Notes under the pieces: generated by a model
What the model was told of the DNA's origin: nothing
The model's input: the letters and a program-made list of their open reading frames with translations, nothing else
Databases searched by the model: none
Part shown: positions 12,720 through 23,705 of the stretch, piece by piece
Numbering within the stretch: the first letter of the stretch is position 1
How the letters are laid out: each line of letters begins with the position of its first letter
Translations under genes and position numbers: made by a program
NCBI RefSeq assembly: GCF_036321535.1
Contig: NC_087436.1
Coordinates: 44,952,001-45,016,000, forward strand
Length of the DNA stretch: 64,000 nucleotides
Direction of reading: 5' to 3'
Source: Camelus dromedarius
Taxonomy: Eukaryota

Positions 12720-13200
12720 TTTTTTTATTGTTACAATTATTATTTATGCATCTATCTACATGCACATACTCTTTCCTTTCTTTTTTTTTTTTTGTTTTCT
12801 TCTAGCTCTCTCATTCTGCCCAATCACACCTCCCCACACACCTAGGCACAAACTTATACCCCTCTCACTATTCCCAGAGGATCGATATGAACAATGTATC
12901 TTTCCACGCATTTCCCTGTGCTGATATAAATACTGACACACGGGGGCATGCATCTACTCACCCATCCAAACACACCATGTGTATACAAGACAATTTGGCA
13001 TCATCAGGTTTACACAACGAGATTATATTATAAATGCTTCTGTGCATTTTGCTTTTACAATTAATAGACTTTGGAAACTTCTCCAAATCAATTCATGGTT
13101 AATGACTGTGTAATATTTCATGGTATTGGGGTGCCACTATTTTACAAGAATTCCTCCATTTATGAGCATTCCCTTAATTTTTTGTTTTTTTATTACATTG
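12720..13200 (-). mobile_element. Old L1ME-type 3' fragment
   Basis: 'ttcccagagga...attatattataaatgcttctgtgcattttgctttt...ttaatgactgtgtaatatttcatggtattgg' typical of antisense ancient L1 3' ends. Confidence 0.5.
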
Positions 13201-13501
13201 AACCCATGATGCCCCATTTATGAGCTGTTAATATTCTCATTCATTAGTATTTTAAGGACAATATTGGTTTAGAATCCAGATGAGTCTTGATAAATTATAA
13301 TATTCTCCATGAAGTTGTAGAGGTACATCAGAATCTTTTTGTTTTGCAAACATAGCATTTACTATTTTACTGTTTTTTTCAGAATTTTGGAACTTTAAGA
13401 AGTAAGGACATTAATCATTTGCGGTGAAATACATAACTATGTATTACCTAATGCTTCAGGATGTGGATCTGGGCCGCTTGTGTGTGCTGCCACCTTCCAG
13501 C

Positions 13502-13833
13502 CACTATAGACAAAATATCTGTGTCCCTCCCAAATGCATACCTTGAAACCTCATCCACAATGTGATGGTATTAGGAGATGAGACCTTTGGAAGGTGCTTT
13601 ATTAACGCCCTTGTAAAAGATTCCAGCAAAGTCCCTCACCCTTCAGCTCCGTGAGGTTACAGCGAGAAGATGATCTTTTGTGAACTAAGAAGCTGGTCCT
13701 CTGTAGATGTTGAATCTGCCAGTGCCTTGATCTTGGACTTCCTGGCCTCTGGTACTGTGAGAAATCGATTTCTGTCATTTATAAGCTACCTAGTTTATGG
13801 TATTTTGTTATAGCAGCCCACAGAGACCAAGAC
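13502..13833 (+). mobile_element. MaLR LTR (MLT1A-like), solo LTR
   Basis: 'tgtgtccctcccaaat...aatgtgatggtattaggagatgagacctttgg...gaatctgccagtgccttgatcttggacttcctggcctct...tttataagctacctagtttatggtattttgttatagcagccc...aagac'. Confidence 0.9.
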
Positions 13834-13835
13834 TT

Positions 13836-14020
13836 TAGCAATTTCTTCAGCTTTCTGTGCTTCAGACTGAGGATGAGAATATTATTTTCCTCATAGGACC
13901 GTGGAGAGAAAGTTAAATAGAACTTTAGTACATGTAAGGTGCGCAGAATTGTGCCCAGCAAACAGTGAGTGCTCAATAAGTAAGTGACAATTGTTGTCTG
14001 TGTTAGTGACGTCATTATCA
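13836..14020 (+). mobile_element. MIR SINE (3' half)
   Basis: 'acatgtaaggtgcgcagaattgtgcccagcaaacagtgagtgctcaataag'. Confidence 0.7.
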
Positions 14021-16060
14021 TTCCATGGTAAGTACCTCAGTTTTTATGTGCCTTTTTTAGCTAAAGAAAGTTCCAGGAAAATTGCTTACCATTGTTTAGA
14101 GTGACTTGAGATTATTTTTTAAAGTCTCCTCTAATTTTATGTGCTGGGAAAGAAATTTCAACATTCAAAATAGCTTATAATTAAAAGGACATATGACGGC
14201 TTCCCTTACAACTTCATGAAGAAAAGTGAAATTCCCAGAGAGGTTGTAAGTTTTCAGCACTCTCACTAGAAAACGAGAACTAGTCCTAAGGACTTCCTTG
14301 ACAGGTTGGCTGAGGCTGCCAACCCCGCAAGGCGCAGACGTTTTGCTTACAAGCTGCCATCCAGCAAATGGAAATTCAGCTGGAATGCTGCTGTTTTCTG
14401 TCCTCAGATTTCCTGTGTTTAAGGATAATAGTTGCTTTGACTACATGAAGCCACCAATAGAACAAGCAGCATTTCAATAAAACCGTTCAAACATGTGCAT
14501 GACAAGTGTAGTAAAAGAAATTCCAGTAAAGAAGAAAAAAAGCTTTTTTTGAGGTTGACTGTCAAGAATTTGCCAACTTTTAAAAATGTGCGGTGAATGA
14601 AAGACATATCAAATTCTATACCCCTCATGAGAAGAAACTCAGGATTCAATAACTGAGTTGTATAAAATATTTCTTCCATATATAAAGTAATGAAGTCGTC
14701 CAAGGTAAGTCCCACAGCAAGAGCAGCAGTCCAGACAACTACGTGGTTCTTCTATCCCTAGATCCTTGAATGTCTTTTCTATGTGCCTCTCTGTGTGCTC
14801 AAGAAGTGTTACTCAAACTCGATCATGTGTTTTTAGTTGGAAGCTTTGCAGACACAGAGAAGGGCAGGCACTGATCACCAATCAAGACTCTCAGGTTCGA
14901 GCTCACTGCCTCTCTCTCGGTACTCTGTCTGCCACCCAGAAAATAATTTGTTTGAGCCACTAAGGCTTACAGTTATTTATTCTTTATCCTTGATTTTTCA
15001 GCGAGGCCCTACCACCATCGGTGACCCTTACTAAAAGCAGATAGCCCTAGAGAAGGACAAAATTCTGATGCCGTGCTTACTTTTAGCAACTGTAGGAAAG
15101 CTTTTCCAGGGCTGGTCCTTGATCCAGCAGCTCATGTAGGCTCAGCATTCGGCAGTGCAAGGCAGCTTTAATCTAAGTCTCACTTCAGTCCACCCCCACC
15201 CCCACCCCTGGCTTTCTCCTTAGGGCAAGGCTCAGGGAAGAAAAAGAAAAAAAAAAAAGCAAGGGAAAAAGAAAGAAAAAAAATGAAGTTGCAGGCCTGG
15301 CGTGTCCTAATACAAAAATGCACTGCTAATTATCGCGGCTGTAATTCTCGATCCAGTCAAAATGCAGGTACGCAGTGACTTTACCTGGGGGCAGTCTCTG
15401 CATACCCCCTGCTTCGTTTCACTACCTCTTCAGCACGTTCCCTCTTCTTCAATAGCAGTTATCTCCCGACAGTAATAACTGACTTGCTGCCCAAGAAGAG
15501 GAATCCCATTGGAAGCACCCGGTTAAGGAGAGCCCGAACCAATGCCCCAAACAGGTTTGGGAGGAATCGTGATTTATCAGGAATAAGAAAAAGAAACCAG
15601 CTTTTTAAAAGATTCAGTGATGTTTAGAATCACAGCATTGGACATAAAATGACGGAAATTTGGGTCCTTTTCAGCCAACTAATGAGCTTCTCTAAAATCC
15701 ATAAAAATTTTAGGTCTTCTTTATGATAGAGCTAATTTTTTTTAATGGACACATAACATTTGGTTCAAAAGCCTTTGTTTTGCACCTGGGAGAGTTATTC
15801 ACACGTGTGTTCATTCCCTTTACATCTTTTATATGAAATAACCATCCATTACAAGGAAATGCCACTATGAACCATAACAAAGCATGACATTAATGATTTG
15901 CTAAGGAACACCTACTAAGTGTAATTTCTACCACAATTTACGAGAAAAGCACTTTAGGGAGTAGTTTTACATTTAAATTGGCGATGCCTGTTCTATCTAA
16001 TTTATCCAAAGACTTTTTAAAGTAAAATTTTCTTAGAATTAAGAATTATCTGAGTCGCTA

Positions 16061-16257
16061 AGAACAAGATCTTATTGTATAGCACAAGGAACAATATTCA
16101 ATACCTTGTAATAGCCTATAAACATGAAAAGGAGTAAATATATATTTATTATGCACACACATATATATACACACACACACACATATAAATGAATCACTAT
16201 GCTGTACACCAGAAATTAACACAACATTGTAAACCAACTATACTTCAATTAAAAAAA
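16061..16257 (+). mobile_element. L1 3'-UTR terminal fragment with TSD
   Basis: 'aacaagatcttattgtatagcacaaggaacaatattcaatacc...gaatcactatgctgtacaccagaaattaacacaacattgtaaaccaactatacttcaattaaaaaaaa'; exact TSD aagaattatctga at 16041-16053 and 16258-16270. Confidence 0.9.
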
Positions 16258-16320
16258 AAGAATTATCTGAATTGCCACATGGCTAGAAGTGAGGAGGAAA
16301 GAAAATCCTTTGAGTACAAC

Positions 16321-16363
16321 ATATCTATATCTATATCTATATCTATATCTATATCTATATCTA

Positions 16364-16395
<32 letters not shown>

Positions 16396-16460
16396 CACAC
16401 ACATATATGTATATACACGTGTGTGTGTATACATATATATTTTAGAAGGATATATATATA
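16321..16460. repeat. Compound microsatellite (ATATCT)n-(CT)n-(AT)n-(AC)n-(GT)n-(AT)n
   Basis: Direct reading. Confidence 0.95.
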
Positions 16461-17149
16461 TGAGAAATAAACCAATACTGCATCCCCCTGGTCCAAGGCG
16501 TCATCACCTTGGGCCTAACTGAATACCATGCTTGCTGATGGCCTCACAGCTTCTACCTTGGCCACTCTGTCTTGTCTCAACACAAAGGAAAAACAGGGAA
16601 AAAGTGCCATTGGAGTTAGGAAAATATACATTTTTTTCCTTTCTTTCATGATCTCTTTCTTTCAACATGTCAGTTGGTTTTCGTTCATTTTATTTTTTGT
16701 TTGTTTTTGAGTTTAATACCACACTTCTGGGAAACAGAAATATCTGCTGAGTGAATACAAGCACCCACAATTCAAAGGGCCCAGAAGAGGAGACTTTTTG
16801 AAACATAGCAAAGCCCCCACAGGCCAGATTGTAGCACACAGACAGCTGTGTGCTGGCTGATGGAGAGAGAGGAGCTAAGGACAGGAGAGGGGGGAACGGG
16901 AGAGGGGAGGTGGGGAGAGGTGGGATCATATATTCCATCTGGCATTCTGATTTCTGAGTTGAGATTTTGCTCATGATTTAGTGACCACTGTACTTTCTTT
17001 TACTTAAGAGTGACTGAAAAATTCATAGAATCTGCCAGAGTTCACATCCAAAAACTGGGACAATTAGAGAAGTCAGAAATAATGTTCCAGTTATATAAGT
17101 CATGCTTATTTATGGCTGATTACCTGTGATTTTCTGATACTTAGAAAAG

Positions 17150-17392
17150 AATAATTGGCAGCTCAAGATTTGCAGACACTAAATACTATACATAAAATAG
17201 ATAAACAACAAGTTTCTTCTGTACAGCACAGGGAACTATATTCAATATTTTGTAGTAACCTATAATGAAAAAGAATATGAAAACCAATATATGTATGTAT
17301 ATGGATGACTGAACTATTAGCCTGTACACCAGAAATTAGCACAACACTGTAAACTGACTACACTTCAATTAAATACATAAATAAACAAACAA
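17150..17392 (+). mobile_element. L1 3'-UTR terminal fragment
   Basis: 'caagatttgcagacactaaatactatacataaaatagataaacaacaag...gcacagggaactatattcaata...ctgtacaccagaaattagcacaacactgtaaactgactacacttcaatt'; similar to the copies at 16061, 45131 and 54561. Confidence 0.88.
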
Positions 17393-17439
17393 TTAGTCTG
17401 TTTTAATGAAAAATTGAAATTAAAAAAAAGAAATGCTGC

Positions 17440-17680
17440 ATAATGGAAAAAACAGGGACGTCCAAATCCAGCAGATGAATGTTCAAATCCTTGCTCTACC
17501 TTAATTAATTACACAACCTTAGACAAATCATTTAGCTACAGCTTTCACTTTCCTTGTCTGTAAAATGATGAATCTTGAAATCTGAAATTATGACTCATAC
17601 TTGGTTATACCTTTAGTGCCTAGTACAGTGTCTGAAATAAAATAGATATTGTATAAATAAACATTTGTTAAATGTAGAAG
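17440..17680 (+). mobile_element. MIR SINE
   Basis: B-box-like 'gttcaaatcc', 'caaccttagacaaatcattta', 'ttccttgtctgtaaaatg', 'cctagtacagtgtctg'. Confidence 0.65.
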
Positions 17681-18489
17681 TAAAAGAACGAACTTAAAAA
17701 AAGAAGATTGACCCTGACTTCCCCATCTATAAATATTAGTGATCCTACTTGCTGGCTGTGGCTATAGGCAGGTAGGTAGGCAGGTAAGTAGGTAGATGGA
17801 TGAATCAGACAAACTCCAAAAAGAACTAAAAGCAACTATGAATTTTAGCCAAAAAAAAAATGCTAAACATATAAAAAAAAAAACCTAACTCTACTCAGAA
17901 ATCTGCAAGAGCCATTGAATACTAAGGAGCCCCTAAAATTGTCCCAATCCTTTTCTTAATGTAATCTGAGAAAAGTCCATATTAGTGTGGGTTTAAAACC
18001 TTACAGATTTGGCTTTCTATAGATTGTAAAGGTGGTCTGAAAAACAGTAAAAATGATTAAACCCATAGAAAATAAGTACTCAAGAGAAAGACTCATTTTG
18101 ACCAGACAAGAAATGGTTATTTGGTGAAATAATGTCTTCATAAAAGTAAAGGTGTATGGAATAGGGTAGATTACAATTTTTGTTATAAAACTCTTATGAC
18201 TGCAGAAAATGTATTAGCAGACTTCACCTGGAAACATTTAAGAACACTGTTTGCATATTTAAATGCCCACAGTGTGAGGTGAGGATGTCCAGTGAGTGCA
18301 ATTCTAGGAGGAAGCACTGAGGAATGGTATGGATTGCTGCAAACCAGAGGTCGCATTCCCTCTGCACAGTCGGCTGCTAAGGTTCTCCAGATGATTGCAC
18401 CCTGTGGGAACTTGAACCCATATTTGCTAGCTCTTCCCATTTTTTGGAGAATCCCAAAATTAAGGGTTTTATCAGAAATTTCTTAAGTT

Positions 18490-18585
18490 TTAAATGTTGG
18501 CAATTACAAAAAATAAAAATAAAAACACACTGTGTGGGTGGGCCAAACAAAGCAAGCCTCTGTCCTGAGTTTGGCCAAAGCTCTT
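18490..18585. mobile_element. DNA transposon (hAT-like) terminal fragment, family uncertain
   Basis: 'aatgttggcaatt...aaaacacactgtgtgggtgggccaaacaaagc' resembles a recurrent mammalian DNA-element end. Confidence 0.35.
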
Positions 18586-20469
18586 GAAGTTTTTGTTTTA
18601 TTTTGTTTTGTTTTCAGTTAAATGTTAGTGGTCTTCAAAGAGAGTAAGAGATTAAAATAATCATTTTCAAGTCTATTGGTGACCATCATGTTAGATTTTC
18701 AAAGATGTTTGTACCAGAGAACACCACAGATGAATATTGTCCTTCCTTCCTTCCTTCTTTCTGTCTTTCTCTTGGTCTTTCTTTTCTTTCTTTTTTTCTT
18801 TAACTAGTTGAGTTTTACTCCAACTTCCTGCTCATTTCAATGCTGGTAAATTTGGTTCCATCAAAAGTGCACCTAAAGAATCATTAATCCTTTGAATTTA
18901 AGGCTTCCACACTCTGCCCCTTTGCTTACTTTCCTCTAGGGTTCCACCCTGATCTCAGCCCTGTACAGAAGTAAACAGGAAATAGACAAGGAAGACAAGC
19001 CCAACCAAATCAGGAGGCTTCCCTAACTAAGTTTCTCACCACATGTTCTTTATTTGAACTCCAACTGAATCATGAGTGTGTGCGTGTGTGTTTGCGTATG
19101 AGTGTTGAAGGGAGAGAAGAGGAAATCTGACAGAGAGACAGGTCCGGTACCCATCCAAAATACCAGCTCCCTGAAGAGGTGAAATCCCAAACATCAGCTC
19201 TCAAAGAACAAAAAGGGAAGCGAGAGAAGCTTTCCCCAATTTAATCAATTCTAATTAAACCATTTTATTTCTCCTACAGAAACTCTATATCATTAAGGTC
19301 ACCCCTTGAGTCTTTGATTCATATCAGACCTCCTCTTCTTGAGGAATGTTTTTGGGACAGGAAGAGGGGAAAAGAAAGAGCGAGCTTTGGATGTGACCTA
19401 ATGCTCTCGGCAGTGTTAGGCATGGTAACTTTCACTGTGAAAGTCCCTAGAATGTTAGACTGGCTTGCTAGAGGTGTCACCACCACCGTCACATCCCCAC
19501 CAGCAGCTCAATCAAGTAAGGGAGGACATCTACCATCCATTTAAAGATGTCACTTTCTGGGGTACCAGATGTCCCAGGCATTCCCTTGAGGATACTGCAG
19601 TCCTGTGACTGCATTTCCATTCGAGCAGTGTTCCCCACATGTAACACTTTCCCATGTATAGCGTTTGCTTTTCTTAGTCCTTTGAAAAAGTTATAGAGGG
19701 AAGGCATTGCATGTTTGCGATTAAATGGGTGTGGAAAAGATTTATTCAGAGGCAAATGTGAAATGATATTTATGCAGCATGATCATATATCCCCTAAAAC
19801 AACTTCCCCAAAAAGAAAAAGAAAAATATTTTCTAGGAATAAAAATCAAGATTCTTCATTAATACAGTGTTGTAGACAAAGTAAACTGAATTTTTGAAGA
19901 AAAGGGGTAAAGTGTAAGAAAATAAAGCCAATGGGAGGCCACATGATTTTTCATTTAAGTTAAAATGTCTGCTTCTGAATTAAGCACAACGAAAGTTCAG
20001 CTCAGAGAAAAAGCCAGGTAGTATGCTGCTTGCTTTATTTTCTTCTAAGTACGTACCTGGTAACTGTTGGCTGGTTAATTTCTGGAAGTGAGCATTATGT
20101 TAGATAATCTATAATGTAGAGAGAATGGATAAGGTACGGCTCTTTCCCACAAAGAGCTTACAATCTAGTTGGAACAATAAGAACAAGCCATGAATCACAA
20201 ACTTCTTAGAGCAAATGAAAGATCAGTCCCTTCATTTACGGTGCAGAAAATTCCAGAGAGGCTGGGTCCTACAGTTACAGAGCCAGTAGGAAACAGGGCG
20301 GGAACCCAACTTCTTAAACCCTGAGGCCTTCCTCACTAAGTGTTATATAAAACAGTCCACACTACGTATTGCAAAAGCTTAGTCTCATGGAGAAGTAGGG
20401 CTTTTGTCAGGTCTTAAAGGATTTATCAGAGGCTCATATCCTGAGGGGAGGGGATGGGGACCAAAAATG

Positions 20470-20602
20470 ACATCAGATCTTTGGATGTCCTCAGATTGCA
20501 TGCAAAATTTTAAATACAACTATGTTTTCTGGGAAATGATTTTAGCTTTTATCAAAGTCTCAAAAGAGCTTTTGAAGCGAAAAAGAAAAAAAAGTTAAGA
20601 AT
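20470..20602 (+). mobile_element. hAT-Charlie MITE fragment (MER117-like)
   Basis: 'gcatgcaaaatttt...ttttctggg...tagcttttatcaaagtctcaaaagag...aaaagttaagaa'. Confidence 0.55.
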
Positions 20603-22261
20603 TTTAAGGCAGAGAATCAGACAGACAGATGTGAGAGGGGAAGACAAGTTACTTGAAATTGATAACAGCAATGAGAACAAGAGAACTGGAAAGAGCAGAG
20701 CACTTTTGTCAGCACCAGGGTGAGGAAAGTGAGGCTCGTTAGAGAAAGGCCAGATTATAGAGGGTCTGCAAGGTCCAAAGGGGGAGGTTAGTATTAGAGA
20801 AGTAGAAAACCAGTGATTAGTTCAGTTCTACTACGAGGATAATTCAGTACATATCTGACAACTTTGATAACAAAAGGGGCATGTTCTGAATGTATCAGTT
20901 GTAAAAAAAACTCTGATAAACACAGTTTTCACCCTGTAGCAACATGACTACCTATATGCTCAAAAGAGTCATTTGTTTGTATTGTATTTTGAGATTTTTA
21001 ATTTCTTCATTGCCCTCAGAGTGCATCCAACCCCAAAATACATCTGATCCTACAAACTAGATTTAATAGAATGACTAAAGACATTTTGAAGAGTCGAGGT
21101 ATAAGGCACGGGCCTGCCTTTGCACACAGGTGTGAACTAGTCCTACTAACAGCCTATGGAGACGAGATGGTCCTCGCGCTGACACCAGCTTCAGGACAAG
21201 TGCTCCTGGGGGAGCATTTCAGTACCATTTCCTTGCCATCCATTTAAAAATTTAGTAAATTGATTATTTTCCCCTCACTGACAGCTAATTATTCACTGAG
21301 GAATGAGCTTTCTTGTTTTACTTAGAGGGTTTCCCTCCCACTGACCCCCACCCCGCCTGTGGCCAAGTTCTGGTTAACACAGGGCTCTTCCACGCAGCTC
21401 AGCAATGACAGGCCCCGGCTACCATGTTTGCTGACAAATGTCAATCAAAGTGTCTCAGAGCTAGCCTACTCCGTCAGCCATCATCTGAACCACACTTTCC
21501 CAGGGACGCCTTAGCATGGCATCTTTGTTCTGTTTTCAGATAAACAGATCCAATTCCTCAACAAACAGACTGCTACAGTCCTTTTGATAACAGTGTAATA
21601 ATTCAAAACAAATGATTCTCGGCTTTGATGATAGCACTTTTATGGGTCATGAAGAAATCCTCCCACCAACATCTGTTTGATTTTATCTACTTGAACTTTA
21701 TCCTCCAGTTGAAGATTTATAAGCTGAAATCATCCCAGCCTATTAAAGTCAAACTAATGTTTGAGCACTAAGTGGAGAATGAAAGTACATTTCCTAGTCA
21801 TCTACCTTTTGAAAAGCTGTTGTGAGCAAAAGAATATCAAAAGTTTGGAAGATTTTGTCTTTGGCTGAACCTGAAACAAGGCTCCGAAAAAAAGGATCTT
21901 AGGAATCCAACTTACGCATTTTAGGAAAAGTAAGTTATTTACAGAATCATTATTTTAAAAGACAACATGAAGAATATAGAGGTTGTTTACGTTAAAGTCT
22001 GTTTTCTTAGTAAAATCCCCTTACGGGTCAGGAAAATGCAATCCAGATTTCTTTCTCTCTCTTTTTACCCTCTCCCTTCATTTCCTTATAGACGACAAAT
22101 TTTTAAATGACAGCTCAAATATACTTTAAACTTACTACCCACTAACACAAAAGATGTGTAGAGATTTTAATCTGATGAAAGGCAAGAGTGTGGGAGTCAG
22201 GAATCCTGAGCTCAGATCATAAGTCCTCCATTAGCTCACTAATTCAGTCAAGCCAGCTCTG

Positions 22262-22263
<2 letters not shown>

Positions 22264-22295
<32 letters not shown>
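22264..22295. repeat. (GT)16 microsatellite
   Basis: Direct reading. Confidence 0.97.
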
Positions 22296-22296
<1 letters not shown>

Positions 22297-22752
22297 GTGA
22301 GGGAGGAGCACATAAGCTTGAAAGCACTTCACTATATGAGGTTAAAACTTCTCTTCTCCTTAACACGTGGAGTAAAGAAGAAGGTCACACTCAGTCCCTG
22401 GCTTCACCCATTTTCAGCTTGACCCACCTCTCCCTCCTTTGCTTTCCTTCCGGATGTTTTCTATGTATTTGTTTTCTCTCTCTTCTTTTCTCTTCTCTGC
22501 ACTCTCTTTTTCTCTCCTCTTTGTGCTCTACCTGGACCCCTTCTCCATCCAACAATCACGGATGGGTACCATGAGCGAGCACCGAACAGGTTTCCAAACT
22601 AACTCACAACTTAATTTCAAATTTGCAATATTTTGGATTCTATTAGAAAAAAATCTGCAAGAATGTTTAAAAAATATTAAATCTTCCTCCATTTTACAGG
22701 CAAGGATACCACAGCATAAGTAGTTAATAACTTATCCAAAGATATAGCTAGA

Positions 22753-23705
22753 TCATTTATTCATTCATTATTCATCAAGAAACTATTAGGCACCCAGCAT
22801 ATGACCAAGTACTAAAAACATACTGATAAAGAAACATAGATTCTGTCTCCAATCCTACAAAATTTATCGTCTCTAGTGGGGAGGGAGGTGGGAAGTCACT
22901 GCTATCACTGTAATAGTCAACCACACCCACATATGTAAGAGTGCTCCCAAGACAAAGAGGGCAAGGGGAGCCTCTCAGTGGGAAATTTAACTTAATACTG
23001 TCAGGGATGATCTCCCTGAGGAACTGATGCAAGCTGAGACCTGAGAAATGAGTTGGAGTTAATAAGGCAAAGACGAGAATGAAGGGGGTCCCAGCAGAGG
23101 GGAAAGCCAGTGCAAAAGCCTTGTGGCAGGCAAATATGAGTGACCAAAAAAAGGTGACTTCATTTGGCTTCAGCAGAGAGAGGAGAATGGGCGATGTGAA
23201 GCTGGAGCGGTGAGTCGCAGACAGCATGTGGTGCCTTCCAGTTCTGACTAAGATGCCTCCCCATCCTCCATTTATCTGAAGATAAGTAAAGAGTTTTATG
23301 CAGGGTAGTGGAGGTAGATTTACGTTTTGAACAGGTCACTCTGCTGTAGAGTGCACAGGGAGCAATGACTCACAGACCACTTAGAAGACATGAGTCCAGG
23401 CAAGAGACAATGGCGTCCCGGACTAGGGTGGAGGCAGCAGAGATGGAGATAAACTGGCAGATTTGAGGTATTACAGGGGGAAAATCCACAGGATCCAGTG
23501 ATGGATGGAATGAGGGGGGTTAGGAAGATGGAGGTGTAAAGGACAACTTTTAGGTTTCTGAGCTTCGCGCTGGCTGGACGCTAGTGCTGTTGCTGAGATA
23601 GGAAACAATGAAAGATGACCGGGTCTGAGGGAAGATCATGAGTTCAGTCTCACACATGCTGATTCTGAGGTGTCTTTGAAACATCCAAGAGAGGATGTCA
23701 AGTCA
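22753..23705 (-). mobile_element. L2 LINE 3' region (~950 bp), apparently inserted into a MIR
   Basis: Starts with the antisense tail 'tcatttattcattcatt'; 'ctccctgaggaactgatgcaagctgagacctga', 'tgcaaaagccttgtggcagg', 'gagttcagtctcacacatgctgattctgaggtgtctttgaaacatccaag'; MIR-like sequence on both sides (22685-22750, ~23705-23760). Confidence 0.85.
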
